Assembly (NCBI GenBank): GCA_050183815.1
Contig: JBFXAY010000004.1
Span: 976-64,975, forward strand
Length of the DNA: 64,000 nt
From: Gemmatimonadales bacterium
Lineage (GTDB): Bacteria; Gemmatimonadota; Gemmatimonadetes; Gemmatimonadales; GWC2-71-9
Reading direction: 5' to 3'
The position numbers and the translations under genes are program-made. The first letter of the stretch is position 1, and every line of letters starts with the position of its first letter. Positions 25,723-34,861 of the stretch are shown piece after piece. The notes under the pieces are model-generated. The model saw only the letters and a program-made list of their open reading frames with translations, was not told the origin of the DNA and ran no database searches.

Positions 25723-26649
25723 ATGATCGACCTCAGCCACCCGATCTACCCGGTCCGAGTCGTCCTCAGGCGCACCGGGCTATCGGCCGAACTCCTCCGG
25801 GCCTGGGAACGCCGCTACGGGGTCGTCGCCCCGAGCAGGACGGAAGGCGGACAGCGGCTATACAGCGAATCGGACGTCACCCGGCTGAGCCTGCTCCGCC
25901 GGGCCACGCTCCACGGCCACGCCATCAGCCGGGTAGCCGAGCTGACGAACCAGGAAATCGAAGAACTCATCGACGAGGCCACGGCGCCCGGCGTGCCAGG
26001 CGAGGTCGGCGGCGCCGACGCGATCGCCGGCACGGCCCGGGCGGCCGCGATGCAGGCCATTCAGTGGATGGACGGCGCCACCCTCGACTCGGGCCTGCGC
26101 CGCGCCGCCATGGTCCTCGGACCGGTGTCGTTCGCCGAGCAGGTAGTGGCGCCGCTGGTCCGGGAAATCGGCGACCTGTGGCACGCCGGCCGGCTCCGAA
26201 TCGTCCAGGAACACCTCGCGTCAACGACGATCCGTCAGGTCCTGAGCGGCATTCTCGCGTTCACCCCGGCGAACCCGGACGCCCCGCTCTTCGTCTCGGC
26301 CACCACCAGTGGCCAACGCCACGAACTCGGCGCCATGCTCGCGGCGACGGTAGCGGCCGCCCAGGGCTGGCGGTCGCTCTACCTCGGCCCGGACCTGCCC
26401 GGCGCGGAAATCGGGCTCGCCGCCGCTCGGCTCCGGGCGGCCGCGATCGGCCTGAGCTTCGTCTACCCTGCCGCCAGCGCCGACAACGCGCAGGACCTGG
26501 CCGAGCTGGCGGAGGCGGTAGGACGAAACACGCCGGTCTACCTCGGTGGAGCGGCCGCCGGCGCCCAGCAGTCCGCTGGCGAGCACGGCTTCATCATCAT
26601 CGAATCGCTGAAGGATTTGGGGACCCGGCTGGCGGCAGCCGGCGGCTGA
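25723..26649 (+). CDS. MerR-family regulator with a cobalamin-binding domain (CarH/LitR-type light sensor)
   Basis: N-terminal MerR HTH (YPVRVVLRRTGLSAELLRAWERRYGVV). W-x9-E-H motif (W 26179-26181, EH 26209-26214). B12 lower-ligand motif R-H-E-L-G (His 26320-26322) in a Rossmann-like C-terminal domain. Confidence 0.8.
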   Translation: MIDLSHPIYPVRVVLRRTGLSAELLRAWERRYGVVAPSRTEGGQRLYSESDVTRLSLLRRATLHGHAISRVAELTNQEIEELIDEATAPGVPGEVGGADAIAGTARAAAMQAIQWMDGATLDSGLRRAAMVLGPVSFAEQVVAPLVREIGDLWHAGRLRIVQEHLASTTIRQVLSGILAFTPANPDAPLFVSATTSGQRHELGAMLAATVAAAQGWRSLYLGPDLPGAEIGLAAARLRAAAIGLSFVYPAASADNAQDLAELAEAVGRNTPVYLGGAAAGAQQSAGEHGFIIIESLKDLGTRLAAAGG

Positions 26650-26833
26650 ACCGACCCACCGGAGACCCGAACCGCAGCGGTCGCGGCCGCCGGAAAATCA
26701 TGGACGGATCGTCTTCCGGTCACCTTCCGGGCAGCGCACCTCGTCGCGGCTCGCCGCCCACTTCGGCGTCCGTTACATTGCCAAAGGCCGCGGCAGCGGC
26801 CGGGGCGGTTCACCTCCGACCAGTCGACGCAAC

Positions 26834-29602
26834 GTGTTGCGGATCAACCTCTTGGGCGGGTTGTCGGCGGAACGCGACGGGGTCCCTGTCGAGGGCCTCC
26901 CGCCCCGGCGTGCCGCGCTCCTGGCCGCGCTCGCAATCGCCGGCCGACGCGGCCTGAGTCGCGACCGCCTCCTCCTCTTCCTCTGGCCCGACGCCACGGA
27001 GGAGAAAGCCCGCCACAGCCTCGCCCAGACCGTCTACAGCATCCACAAGTCCTTGGGCCAGGACGTGATCGAAAGCGCCGGCCACGAAGTGCGGCTGCTC
27101 GAGTCGGCGGTGCAGTCGGACCTGGCCGACTTCCTGGCGGCGCGCGACCGGGGCGACTGGCAGGCAGCCGCGAATCTCTATCGCGCCCCGCTGCTGGACG
27201 GCTTCATCCTGTCGGACGCGGCGGAGTTCGATGCCTGGGTCACCGCGGAACGTGCCCGGCTCGACGGGCTGGCCCGGGACGCGATCGAAGCCGTGGCCCG
27301 CGAGGCCGACGGAACGGATCCGCCCCTGGCCGCCACTCGCTGGCAGCGCCTCATCGAACTGGATCCGCTGACCACCCGGTACGCCCTGGGGTACGCCCGG
27401 GCACTCGCCAGGATCGCTGAAACCGGCAACGCCGTCCGCCATCTCCGGCAGCACTCGTCGGCACTCCGCAGCGAACTGGGCGTTCCGGCGCCGGCCGAGG
27501 TGTCGGCGTTGATCGCCGAACTCACCCGGCGGACGCCCGCCGAGGGATCCGCCTCGGAGACCGACGGCGATGATGCCCCGGCGAGACCGAGCCCGTCCGG
27601 TGACGCGGGTCCCATCGGCGCCACGGTGCCCCCATCGGCCGTCGCCCCGACACCTAGTCGCGGGCCCGTGCCCACCTGGCGGCGCCTTCCGACGCTGGCG
27701 CTCGTCGGCGCGGCGGTGCTCAGCCTCGGCTGGTTCTGGTGGTCGGGGCGACCGGCCCGCACCGTGACCGGCGGCGGGATGATTGTCCTCGCCGACATCG
27801 AGAACCTGACCGGCGACAGTACCCTCGGGCCACCCCTCGCCGTGGCTTTTCGCGTCGGGATCGAGCAGGCCGAAAACATTTCGGTTTATCCCCGGGACCG
27901 GCTCGGATCGAGTCTCGCGCGGATGGGTCGGACCATCACCGACACCGTGCTGACCGAGACCCTGGCTCGCGACATCGCCCTGCGGGAGTCGGGCCAGGCC
28001 GTGATTACGGTGACGATCGCCGAGCTGGGTGGCCGGTACACGCTGAGCGCCCGGATCGTCGATCCGCCCAGCGGCAGAGGGCTCGCGGCGCGGCGGGTGG
28101 ACGTCGCCGGAGACGCTGAGCTTCTCGGGGCCACTGACAAGCTGGCGACCTGGATCCGGCGGAAGCTCGGTGACATCCGCCCGGACGCCGGGGCGCCGCT
28201 GCCGCTCGTGACCACCGCGTCACTCCCCGCCCTCAAGACGTTCGTCGCCGGCGTGTCCGCCCTCGGGGCGGGCGATGCCCAGCGCGGGCGAGCGCTCCTG
28301 GAGCACGCGATCGAACTCGACACGGGCTTCGCGGTGGCGCGCGCCACGCTGGGTTCCCACTACCTCGACCGCAACCGGATTCCCGAGGCCTTGCGCTGGC
28401 TCCGCGAGGCGGACGCGCGGTCAGGCCGCCTCTCCGAACCGGAACGGCTCGAAGTCAAGGCACGACTCGCCTTTGCCGAAGGCCGGACCGCCGCCGCGAT
28501 CGAGAACGCCGGCACGCTCGCCACGAGGTACCCCTCGGCGCGGAACTGGAGCTACTACGGAGAGGCCCTCCGAACGGCCCGGAGGTATCAGGAGGCTGTC
28601 GCGGCCTTCGAGCAGGCAATCGCCCTCGACACGAGCGGTGTCGAGCCACGGCACGGGCTCGCACTCGCTGAAAAGGGCCTCGGCAACTATCGCGAGGCGC
28701 TGGACGCATACACCGAGGTCGATCGCCGCGACCCGAACTTCCTGATGACGGCCTTCCTCAACCAGCAATGGGGTGAGACCTACGTCCGGATCGGCGACCT
28801 CGCGGCGGCCGAGTCAGTATTCCGCCGGATGCTTGGCCGGCCCCTGAAGGAGGATCGGGCTCGCGGCTTCCGGGCCCTGGCCTACCTGGCCATTTACCAG
28901 GGACGCTTTCGGTCCGCCTCGGAGTCGCTCCGCCAGGCCATCCCACTCCAGGCACCAGGCGAACTGTCCGAGTTTCGCGATCAACTGGTCCTCGCCGACG
29001 TGAGCCGAACCCGCGGCGACGCTCGCGCCGCGACGGCCGCGCTGGATCGCGCCTACGTGATCTTCCGGTCCTACCCGATTCAGGCCGCCGCCGTGATGCT
29101 CGGCGGGCATCAGTTCATCCTCGCCGGTCAGCTCGGCCGCGCGGGAACGCTGCTCGACTCCCTCGAAGCCCGGGCCGCCCTCCGGCCCGATTCCCGCCAG
29201 GACCAGTCGGCGCTCGGCATCCTGCAGGCCGATCTCGCCCTGGCGCGTGGCCGGCCGGCCGAGGCGGGCCGCCTGCTCGAAGACCTCCCGCTCGAGACCT
29301 ACGGCGTGCTGGTTGCCCAGTTGCGCGCCGAGGCGCACACGGCGCTCGGGCACCCCGACTCCGCCGCCGCGGCGGCCCGAAAGGCGACCGAGCTGCTCCA
29401 ATTCGGACTCGAGACCCAGCTGGACTGGCACCGCAGCTTCGCCACGCTGGCGCAAGCCGCCGAGGCGTCCGGCGACATGGCGACGGCCCGCGAGGCGTGG
29501 TCGTCGCTGATCGAACGCTGGAAGGACGGCGACGCCGATCTGCCGCCGCTGGTCACGGCGCGCCGCGAACTCGCCCGGCTCCAGTCAGGGGTGCGCCGGT
29601 AG
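26834..29602 (+). CDS. Membrane-anchored SARP/BTAD-family transcriptional activator with a C-terminal TPR domain
   Basis: 922 aa, GTG start. N-terminal winged-helix plus BTAD region (LLGGLSAERDGVPV ... LLLFLWPD ... FDAWVTAERARL). One TM segment (LALVGAAVLSLGWFWW), then a long TPR-like alpha-helical repeat region. Confidence 0.75.
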   Translation: MLRINLLGGLSAERDGVPVEGLPPRRAALLAALAIAGRRGLSRDRLLLFLWPDATEEKARHSLAQTVYSIHKSLGQDVIESAGHEVRLLESAVQSDLADFLAARDRGDWQAAANLYRAPLLDGFILSDAAEFDAWVTAERARLDGLARDAIEAVAREADGTDPPLAATRWQRLIELDPLTTRYALGYARALARIAETGNAVRHLRQHSSALRSELGVPAPAEVSALIAELTRRTPAEGSASETDGDDAPARPSPSGDAGPIGATVPPSAVAPTPSRGPVPTWRRLPTLALVGAAVLSLGWFWWSGRPARTVTGGGMIVLADIENLTGDSTLGPPLAVAFRVGIEQAENISVYPRDRLGSSLARMGRTITDTVLTETLARDIALRESGQAVITVTIAELGGRYTLSARIVDPPSGRGLAARRVDVAGDAELLGATDKLATWIRRKLGDIRPDAGAPLPLVTTASLPALKTFVAGVSALGAGDAQRGRALLEHAIELDTGFAVARATLGSHYLDRNRIPEALRWLREADARSGRLSEPERLEVKARLAFAEGRTAAAIENAGTLATRYPSARNWSYYGEALRTARRYQEAVAAFEQAIALDTSGVEPRHGLALAEKGLGNYREALDAYTEVDRRDPNFLMTAFLNQQWGETYVRIGDLAAAESVFRRMLGRPLKEDRARGFRALAYLAIYQGRFRSASESLRQAIPLQAPGELSEFRDQLVLADVSRTRGDARAATAALDRAYVIFRSYPIQAAAVMLGGHQFILAGQLGRAGTLLDSLEARAALRPDSRQDQSALGILQADLALARGRPAEAGRLLEDLPLETYGVLVAQLRAEAHTALGHPDSAAAAARKATELLQFGLETQLDWHRSFATLAQAAEASGDMATAREAWSSLIERWKDGDADLPPLVTARRELARLQSGVRR

Positions 29603-30214
29603 GACCCGGTGTCCGGCCCCGAGCGCGATCGCGCGCTCGACCAACCGGTCGGCCGGAACGAGTTCGCTTACCAATCCCCGCCGGAGCGCCTCCACCGCCG
29701 GAATCCGCCGCGCCGTGAGCAACCACTCGGCCGCCACCGCGGACCCGACGATTCGGGGCAGGAGGTGGAACGTGGCATTGGTTTCGACCAGGCCACGCCG
29801 GGCCTCCGGAAAGACGAAGTAGGCATCGGGTACCGCTACCCGGATGCTGCATCCGAGCGGCAGCTCGGCACCCAGGCCGGCCGCCACACCATTGATGGCC
29901 GCCACGACCGGTACCGGCAACGCGAGCAACCGCCGGGTCAGGCCCTGCACCCGCTCGAGTTCCCGGCGAGCCCGCCCGATGCCGACCTCGGCCAGCGCCT
30001 CCATCGACTCGAGATCCTCGCCCGCACAAAATCCCCGGCCGGTGCCGGTGAGCACGACCCCGGCGAGGCCGGGCCGGATCGCGAGGTCGTCGAGCATTCG
30101 TTCCAGTAGGGCGAACATCGCCGGGGTGAACGCGTTGAGGCGCTCGCCCCGGTCGAGTCGGACGATGGCCACGTCGCCAACGAACCGCGCCGTGATCTCG
30201 CTCGCCGGCGTCAC
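29585..30214 (-). CDS. Enoyl-CoA hydratase/isomerase (crotonase) family protein
   Basis: GTG start at 30214, overlapping the micro-ORF stop (GTGA). VLTGTGRGFCAGEDL and AAINGVAAGLGAELPLGC are crotonase oxyanion-hole motifs. About 209 aa, which is short for the family. The rest of the tracked 426-aa ORF is a shadow over the S9 gene. Confidence 0.75.
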   Translation of the reverse strand: MTPASEITARFVGDVAIVRLDRGERLNAFTPAMFALLERMLDDLAIRPGLAGVVLTGTGRGFCAGEDLESMEALAEVGIGRARRELERVQGLTRRLLALPVPVVAAINGVAAGLGAELPLGCSIRVAVPDAYFVFPEARRGLVETNATFHLLPRIVGSAVAAEWLLTARRIPAVEALRRGLVSELVPADRLVERAIALGAGHRVLPAHP

Positions 30215-30339
30215 TGGCTGCTCGGAGGCGCCACGCGGTCCATCACGGGCGCCACGATCGTGAGGGCGGCGATCACCGCCAGCACGGCGGCCACCACCAC
30301 CGGGCGGATCAGCACTCGCAGCGGCGACCGGCGAGCCAT
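30211..30339 (-). CDS. Candidate 42-aa single-pass membrane micro-protein
   Basis: Not in the ORF track (<60 aa). ATG at 30339, 3 nt after the S9 peptidase stop. Reads MARRSPLRVLIRPVVVAAVLAVIAALTIVAPVMDRVAPPSSQ. Its TGA overlaps the crotonase GTG, so it exactly fills the gap between two coupled genes. Confidence 0.35.
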   Translation of the reverse strand: MARRSPLRVLIRPVVVAAVLAVIAALTIVAPVMDRVAPPSSQ

Positions 30340-30342
30340 GGC

Positions 30343-32343
30343 TCAGGGCGTCGCCGGTTTCACGAACCGCTCCCACCAGGTGAGGTACCGGTTCACGATC
30401 TCCACCCGCTGACTCGGCGCGCTGGGCCCGTGGAACATCCCCGGGAAGACCACGAGCTTGGTGTCGACCCCGTTGCTCTTGAGCGCCTGGTACATCTGCT
30501 CCGAACCGATGATCGGCACGTTGAAGTCCCGCTGGCCACCCATGAACATGGTCGGCGTGACGATCCGGTCGGCCTTGAAGAACGGATAGGAGAGCTTGAT
30601 CCAGGCATCCGGATTCTTCCACGGAGCCCCGATCTCCTTCTCGTACTGATAGACGTACTGGTCGGTGCCGTACATCGAGAGCTGCAGCGCGCTGCCCGCC
30701 CCGCTCACGCCCGCCTTGAACCTGGTATCGGTGGCGATGGTGTAATCGGTCAGGATGCCTCCGTAACTCCACCCGCCGAGCACCATGCGGGCCGGGTCCG
30801 CGTAGCCTTTCGCCACCGCCTCGTCCACCGCACCGAGGAGATCCATGACTTCCTTGTTGCCCCAATCGGCGAAGATGGCACGGCTGTAGGCCTCGCCGCG
30901 CCCCGAACTGCCCCGGTAGTTCGGCGAAAGGACCACGTACCCGTTCGCGGCGAAGACGCGGCGCTGGAAGTCGAAGTAGTGTCCGTCCTGCGCGAACGGC
31001 CCGCCGTGAATGTGGAGTGCCAGCGAGTAGCGGACCCCGGGCCGGTAGTCCGGCGGGAGATAGAGCATGCTGCCGACCCGGGTGCCGTCACGGCTCTTCG
31101 AGTCGAACTCGCGCGCCTCGCCCAGGTCGAGCACGGCCATGAGCGAGTCGTTGTGGTGGGACAACAGGCGAAAGGTCCCGTTCTCGAAGGCGGCCACCTC
31201 GGGCGGCGCGCTGTCGGTGGCATAGGTGACGATCAGGCGGCTCCCCGCCACGCCGAGCGATTCGGTCATATGGGCGCCCCGGCTCAACCGCTCGACGGCG
31301 CCGCCGCCCGCCGGAACCCGCGCGATCGGCCCGGCCCGATCATCATCGTACAGGAAGTAGAGGTACTTCCCGTCCGCCGACCAGATCGGTTCGCCGGTGT
31401 TCCGGTCGAGAGATTCGGTCAGGACCCGGGGCTCGCCCCCGGCGACAGGGACCACGGCCACCTGCGGATTGGCATAAGCCCAATATTTCGGGTCGCCGCC
31501 GCGGAGGAAGGCGACCGAGCGCCCATCCGGACTGAAGCTCGGCCGGCCGAAACCCGCCTCGCCGTCGTTGAAGACGCTGGTGGTGAGGGGCCGCGGCGCG
31601 GCGCCGGCCTGGGCGTCGATCAGATACAGGTCCCAGTTGTCGCTCCGCTCGGTGTCAGGAGCGCGTTTGCTCGTGAACACGAGCGACTTCCCGTCCGGCG
31701 ACCAGTTCGGCCGGGCGTCGTCCTGGTCGCCGTCGGTGAGCTGAGCGAGCTTCCGGGTCGCGAGATCGAACAGATAGAGGTGGTTGCGGCGCCGATCGAG
31801 GTAGCCGACGTAGTCACGCTTGAAATCCCACCGGTCGATCTCGATCGGCTTCGGCGTTTTCCGGTCCCCAGCCTTGGTGCTGTCAGGATCGGGATCCTGG
31901 ATCACGAACACGAGCCGCTTGCCGTCCGGGGACCACACGTAGTCGTCGATGCCCGCCTTGACGTCGGTGACCCGCTCGCCCTCGCCGCCGGCCCGGTCGA
32001 GGAGCCAGAGCTGGGCCCCCTTCTCGTCGTCGCCGCGGGAACTCAGAAAGGCGAGGTACCGGCCGTCCGGACTGAACTTCGGGCTCGATTCGCTCTCGGG
32101 CGTATAGGTCAGGCGGATCGTCCGGGTGCCGTCCCAGGACACCTGGTAGAGGTCGCTCGAGCGCTTGTCCTTGCCCGAGTCACTGGTCGTCACCTGATAG
32201 GCCACCCACTGGCCGTCCGGCGCGATCACCGGATTCCGGACGTCCTTGAGCCGGTAGTAGTCGCCGGGCACGATCCGGCGGCGGGCCTGGGCGGACAGGG
32301 CGCCGGGAAGCAGCAGCAGCGGAAGCAGCGACGACAGTCTCAT
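30343..32343 (-). CDS. Exported S9 serine peptidase (prolyl oligopeptidase/acylaminoacyl-peptidase type) with an N-terminal TolB-like beta-propeller
   Basis: Start at the internal ATG 32343 (MRLSSLLPLLLLPGALSAQA), overlapping the GT2 stop (ATGA). Repeated SPDG propeller units. Catalytic GGWSYGG, plus downstream Asp and His regions. Confidence 0.9.
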   Translation of the reverse strand: MRLSSLLPLLLLPGALSAQARRRIVPGDYYRLKDVRNPVIAPDGQWVAYQVTTSDSGKDKRSSDLYQVSWDGTRTIRLTYTPESESSPKFSPDGRYLAFLSSRGDDEKGAQLWLLDRAGGEGERVTDVKAGIDDYVWSPDGKRLVFVIQDPDPDSTKAGDRKTPKPIEIDRWDFKRDYVGYLDRRRNHLYLFDLATRKLAQLTDGDQDDARPNWSPDGKSLVFTSKRAPDTERSDNWDLYLIDAQAGAAPRPLTTSVFNDGEAGFGRPSFSPDGRSVAFLRGGDPKYWAYANPQVAVVPVAGGEPRVLTESLDRNTGEPIWSADGKYLYFLYDDDRAGPIARVPAGGGAVERLSRGAHMTESLGVAGSRLIVTYATDSAPPEVAAFENGTFRLLSHHNDSLMAVLDLGEAREFDSKSRDGTRVGSMLYLPPDYRPGVRYSLALHIHGGPFAQDGHYFDFQRRVFAANGYVVLSPNYRGSSGRGEAYSRAIFADWGNKEVMDLLGAVDEAVAKGYADPARMVLGGWSYGGILTDYTIATDTRFKAGVSGAGSALQLSMYGTDQYVYQYEKEIGAPWKNPDAWIKLSYPFFKADRIVTPTMFMGGQRDFNVPIIGSEQMYQALKSNGVDTKLVVFPGMFHGPSAPSQRVEIVNRYLTWWERFVKPATP

Positions 32344-33479
32344 ACACGGTTGGCTTTCAGCGCGCGAAGCGGATAGAAGGTGTCCCGCCAGCGGATCCCG
32401 CCGGACACCAGGTTGACCACCATGGTACGCCACAACACGACCACGAACAGGAGCACGGCTGCCGGCGTGAGGAACGCCAGCCACGGCGACTCGGAAAACC
32501 GCCGCGCCACGATCGCCGAGAAGCCGAATCCGGTGGCGATCGCGGCGGCGAAGAGCAGTTGCGCCGGACCGTGCGTGACGAAGACCAGGACCAGCGGCGC
32601 AACGCCGAACGCGAGCTGCGCCAGCCCGCCCGCGAGAGAGAGCAGGATGCTGTACTCGATGCCGGCAAACATGTTCTTCTCGAGGCCCCGGACCATCTCC
32701 CCCAGGGAATGATACCACTCGACCACGATCATTCCATTCCCCGCGACCGCATCCTGCCGGTAGCCGGCGCGTTTGAGCACCTTCCCCAGCTTGAGGTCGT
32801 CGTCCGGACGAAGCGGAATCCGCCGATGGCCCTCGACGCCGAGGTACGCCGACCGCCGGACCAGGTTGAAGGCCCCGACGCCGACGTGGAACCAGCTCTT
32901 CGGGTCCCGGGCCCGCCAGGGCTTGGCAAACGACAGGAACGCCGTGAGAAAGAACACACCGAACGCGCGGAGCAGCCAGCCTTGCATCCGGGCATCCGGC
33001 GAGCCGGCCAGGTGGTCCACCCCATGGTCGAGGCAATATCTGACCGCGCGGCTCAGGACATCCTCGCGGAGGTGAACGTCGGCATCGGTGAACAGGATCC
33101 ACTCGCCGGAAGCCGCCTCGGCACCGACCTGGAGCGCGTGGTTCTTGCCGAGCCATCCGGGCGGGAGCTCGGTGACGTGGATGACCCGGAGCCGCGGTTC
33201 CGCCGCGGCGATCCGGTCGAGAATCGCGCCCGTGGCGTCCGTCGAACGGTCGTCGACCACCACCACCTCGTAGTCGGGATACCGCTGCTCGAGCATCGAC
33301 GCGACCGCCGTGGCGATGCTCCTGGCCTCGTTCCGGGCCGCGACGACGATCGAGACCTTCGGCGCCGGCCCGGCGAGATCCGGCAAGTCGATCAGGCGGA
33401 CAATCCGGCCCATGCCGATCAGGACCTCCGCGGCGGAGGCCAGCAGCAGCACCAACACGATGGCCGCGAACCAGACCAT
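32340..33479 (-). CDS. Membrane-bound family 2 glycosyltransferase
   Basis: N-terminal TM. VSIVVAARNEARSI ... YEVVVVDDRSTD ... FTDADV (DxD). C-terminal TM bundle. 379 aa. Confidence 0.8.
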   Translation of the reverse strand: MVWFAAIVLVLLLASAAEVLIGMGRIVRLIDLPDLAGPAPKVSIVVAARNEARSIATAVASMLEQRYPDYEVVVVDDRSTDATGAILDRIAAAEPRLRVIHVTELPPGWLGKNHALQVGAEAASGEWILFTDADVHLREDVLSRAVRYCLDHGVDHLAGSPDARMQGWLLRAFGVFFLTAFLSFAKPWRARDPKSWFHVGVGAFNLVRRSAYLGVEGHRRIPLRPDDDLKLGKVLKRAGYRQDAVAGNGMIVVEWYHSLGEMVRGLEKNMFAGIEYSILLSLAGGLAQLAFGVAPLVLVFVTHGPAQLLFAAAIATGFGFSAIVARRFSESPWLAFLTPAAVLLFVVVLWRTMVVNLVSGGIRWRDTFYPLRALKANRV

Positions 33480-33481
33480 GC

Positions 33482-34858
33482 CTACTCGAAGATCTTGCCG
33501 GGATTCATCAGACCGAGGGGGTCCAGCGCCGCCTTCAAGGACCGCATCACCTCAACTCCTTCGCCATGCTCCTTGCGGAGCGAGTGCCGTTTCCCGATGC
33601 CGATCCCGTGCTCGCCGGTGCAGGTGCCGCCGAGGGCCAGGGCCCGATCCACCATCCGGTCGTTCAGCCGCATCGCTTCGGCCACCTCGGCCGGATCGGC
33701 CGGGTCGATCAGATAGCCGGCATGGAAGTTACCGTCGCCGACGTGGCCGAGCACGGCCGGCGTCACGGCGGATCCGGCGGCGTCCCGTTTCGTTTCCCGG
33801 ATGCACTCGGCCAGCGCCGAGATCGGGACGCAGACGTCAGTCACCAGGGCCCGGCACCCCGGGCGCAGGGCGAGCGCGGCAAAGTAGGCCTCGTGGCGGG
33901 CCTTCCAGAGCCGGGCCCGCTCGCCCTCCTCCCGGGCCCACTGGAAGCCAGTGCCGCCGTGCTGCCCGGCAATCTCGCCGGCGGTGGCGGCGTCCTCGTC
34001 GACGGCACGGTCGGACGCTCCGTGGAATTCGAAGAAGAGGGTGGGTTGCCGGGCGTAGTCGAGGCCCGAGTGTCGGGCGACCGCGTCCATGAAAATCTCG
34101 TCCAGCAATTCGATCCGGGCGACAGGCACCGCCAGCTGGATCACCTCGATCGCGGTGGCCACCGCGGCATCGAGATCGGGAAACGAGACCACGGCGGCCG
34201 CGATGGCCGCGGGCACCGGATGGAGCCGCAGGGTGAGTTCCGTGATGATCCCGAGGGTGCCTTCCGAGCCGACGAACAGCCGGGTGAGGTCGTATCCCGC
34301 GGACGACTTCCGGGCCCGGCCGCCGGTTCGGATCACCCGCCCGTCGGCAAGGACCACCGTGAGACCCAGGACGTTGTCACGCATGGTGCCGTACCGCACC
34401 GCCGTGGTACCCGACGCCCGGGTGGCCGCCATGCCGCCGAGGGTCGCATCCGCGCCCGGGTCGATGTAGAACGCCAGGCCGGTCCCCTTGAGTCCGGCGT
34501 TGAGCCCGCCCCGGGTGACCCCGGCCTCGACCGCGGCGTCGAGGTCGTCGGTGGAGACGCGAAGGACCCGAGTCATCCGGCTCAGGTCGATCGTGACACC
34601 CCCGGCGATCGCCGCCACATGGCCCTCGAGCGAGCTGCCCGCCCCCCAGGGTACCATCGGTGTCCGGTGGGCGAGGCAGGCCGCGGCGATCCGGCTCACC
34701 TCGTCGGTGGTCTCGGGAAACGCCACGGCGTCCGGCGGAAAGTTGCCCGGAAAGGCCTCCCCCTGACCGTGGTGCTCCCGGATCGCGGCCGCCGTGGTCA
34801 CCCGATCACCGAGAACCGCCTGGAGCGCGGCCAGCAGTCCGGGGGCGAGGCCGGCCAC
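33482..34858 (-). CDS. FAD-linked oxidase (GlcD / D-lactate dehydrogenase family)
   Basis: 458 aa. FAD-binding PCMH-type N-terminal region (PWGAGSSLEGH) and a C-terminal FAD-oxidase domain ending GEHGIGIGKR ... LMNPGKIF. Confidence 0.85.
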   Translation of the reverse strand: MAGLAPGLLAALQAVLGDRVTTAAAIREHHGQGEAFPGNFPPDAVAFPETTDEVSRIAAACLAHRTPMVPWGAGSSLEGHVAAIAGGVTIDLSRMTRVLRVSTDDLDAAVEAGVTRGGLNAGLKGTGLAFYIDPGADATLGGMAATRASGTTAVRYGTMRDNVLGLTVVLADGRVIRTGGRARKSSAGYDLTRLFVGSEGTLGIITELTLRLHPVPAAIAAAVVSFPDLDAAVATAIEVIQLAVPVARIELLDEIFMDAVARHSGLDYARQPTLFFEFHGASDRAVDEDAATAGEIAGQHGGTGFQWAREEGERARLWKARHEAYFAALALRPGCRALVTDVCVPISALAECIRETKRDAAGSAVTPAVLGHVGDGNFHAGYLIDPADPAEVAEAMRLNDRMVDRALALGGTCTGEHGIGIGKRHSLRKEHGEGVEVMRSLKAALDPLGLMNPGKIFE

Positions 34859-34861
34859 GGC

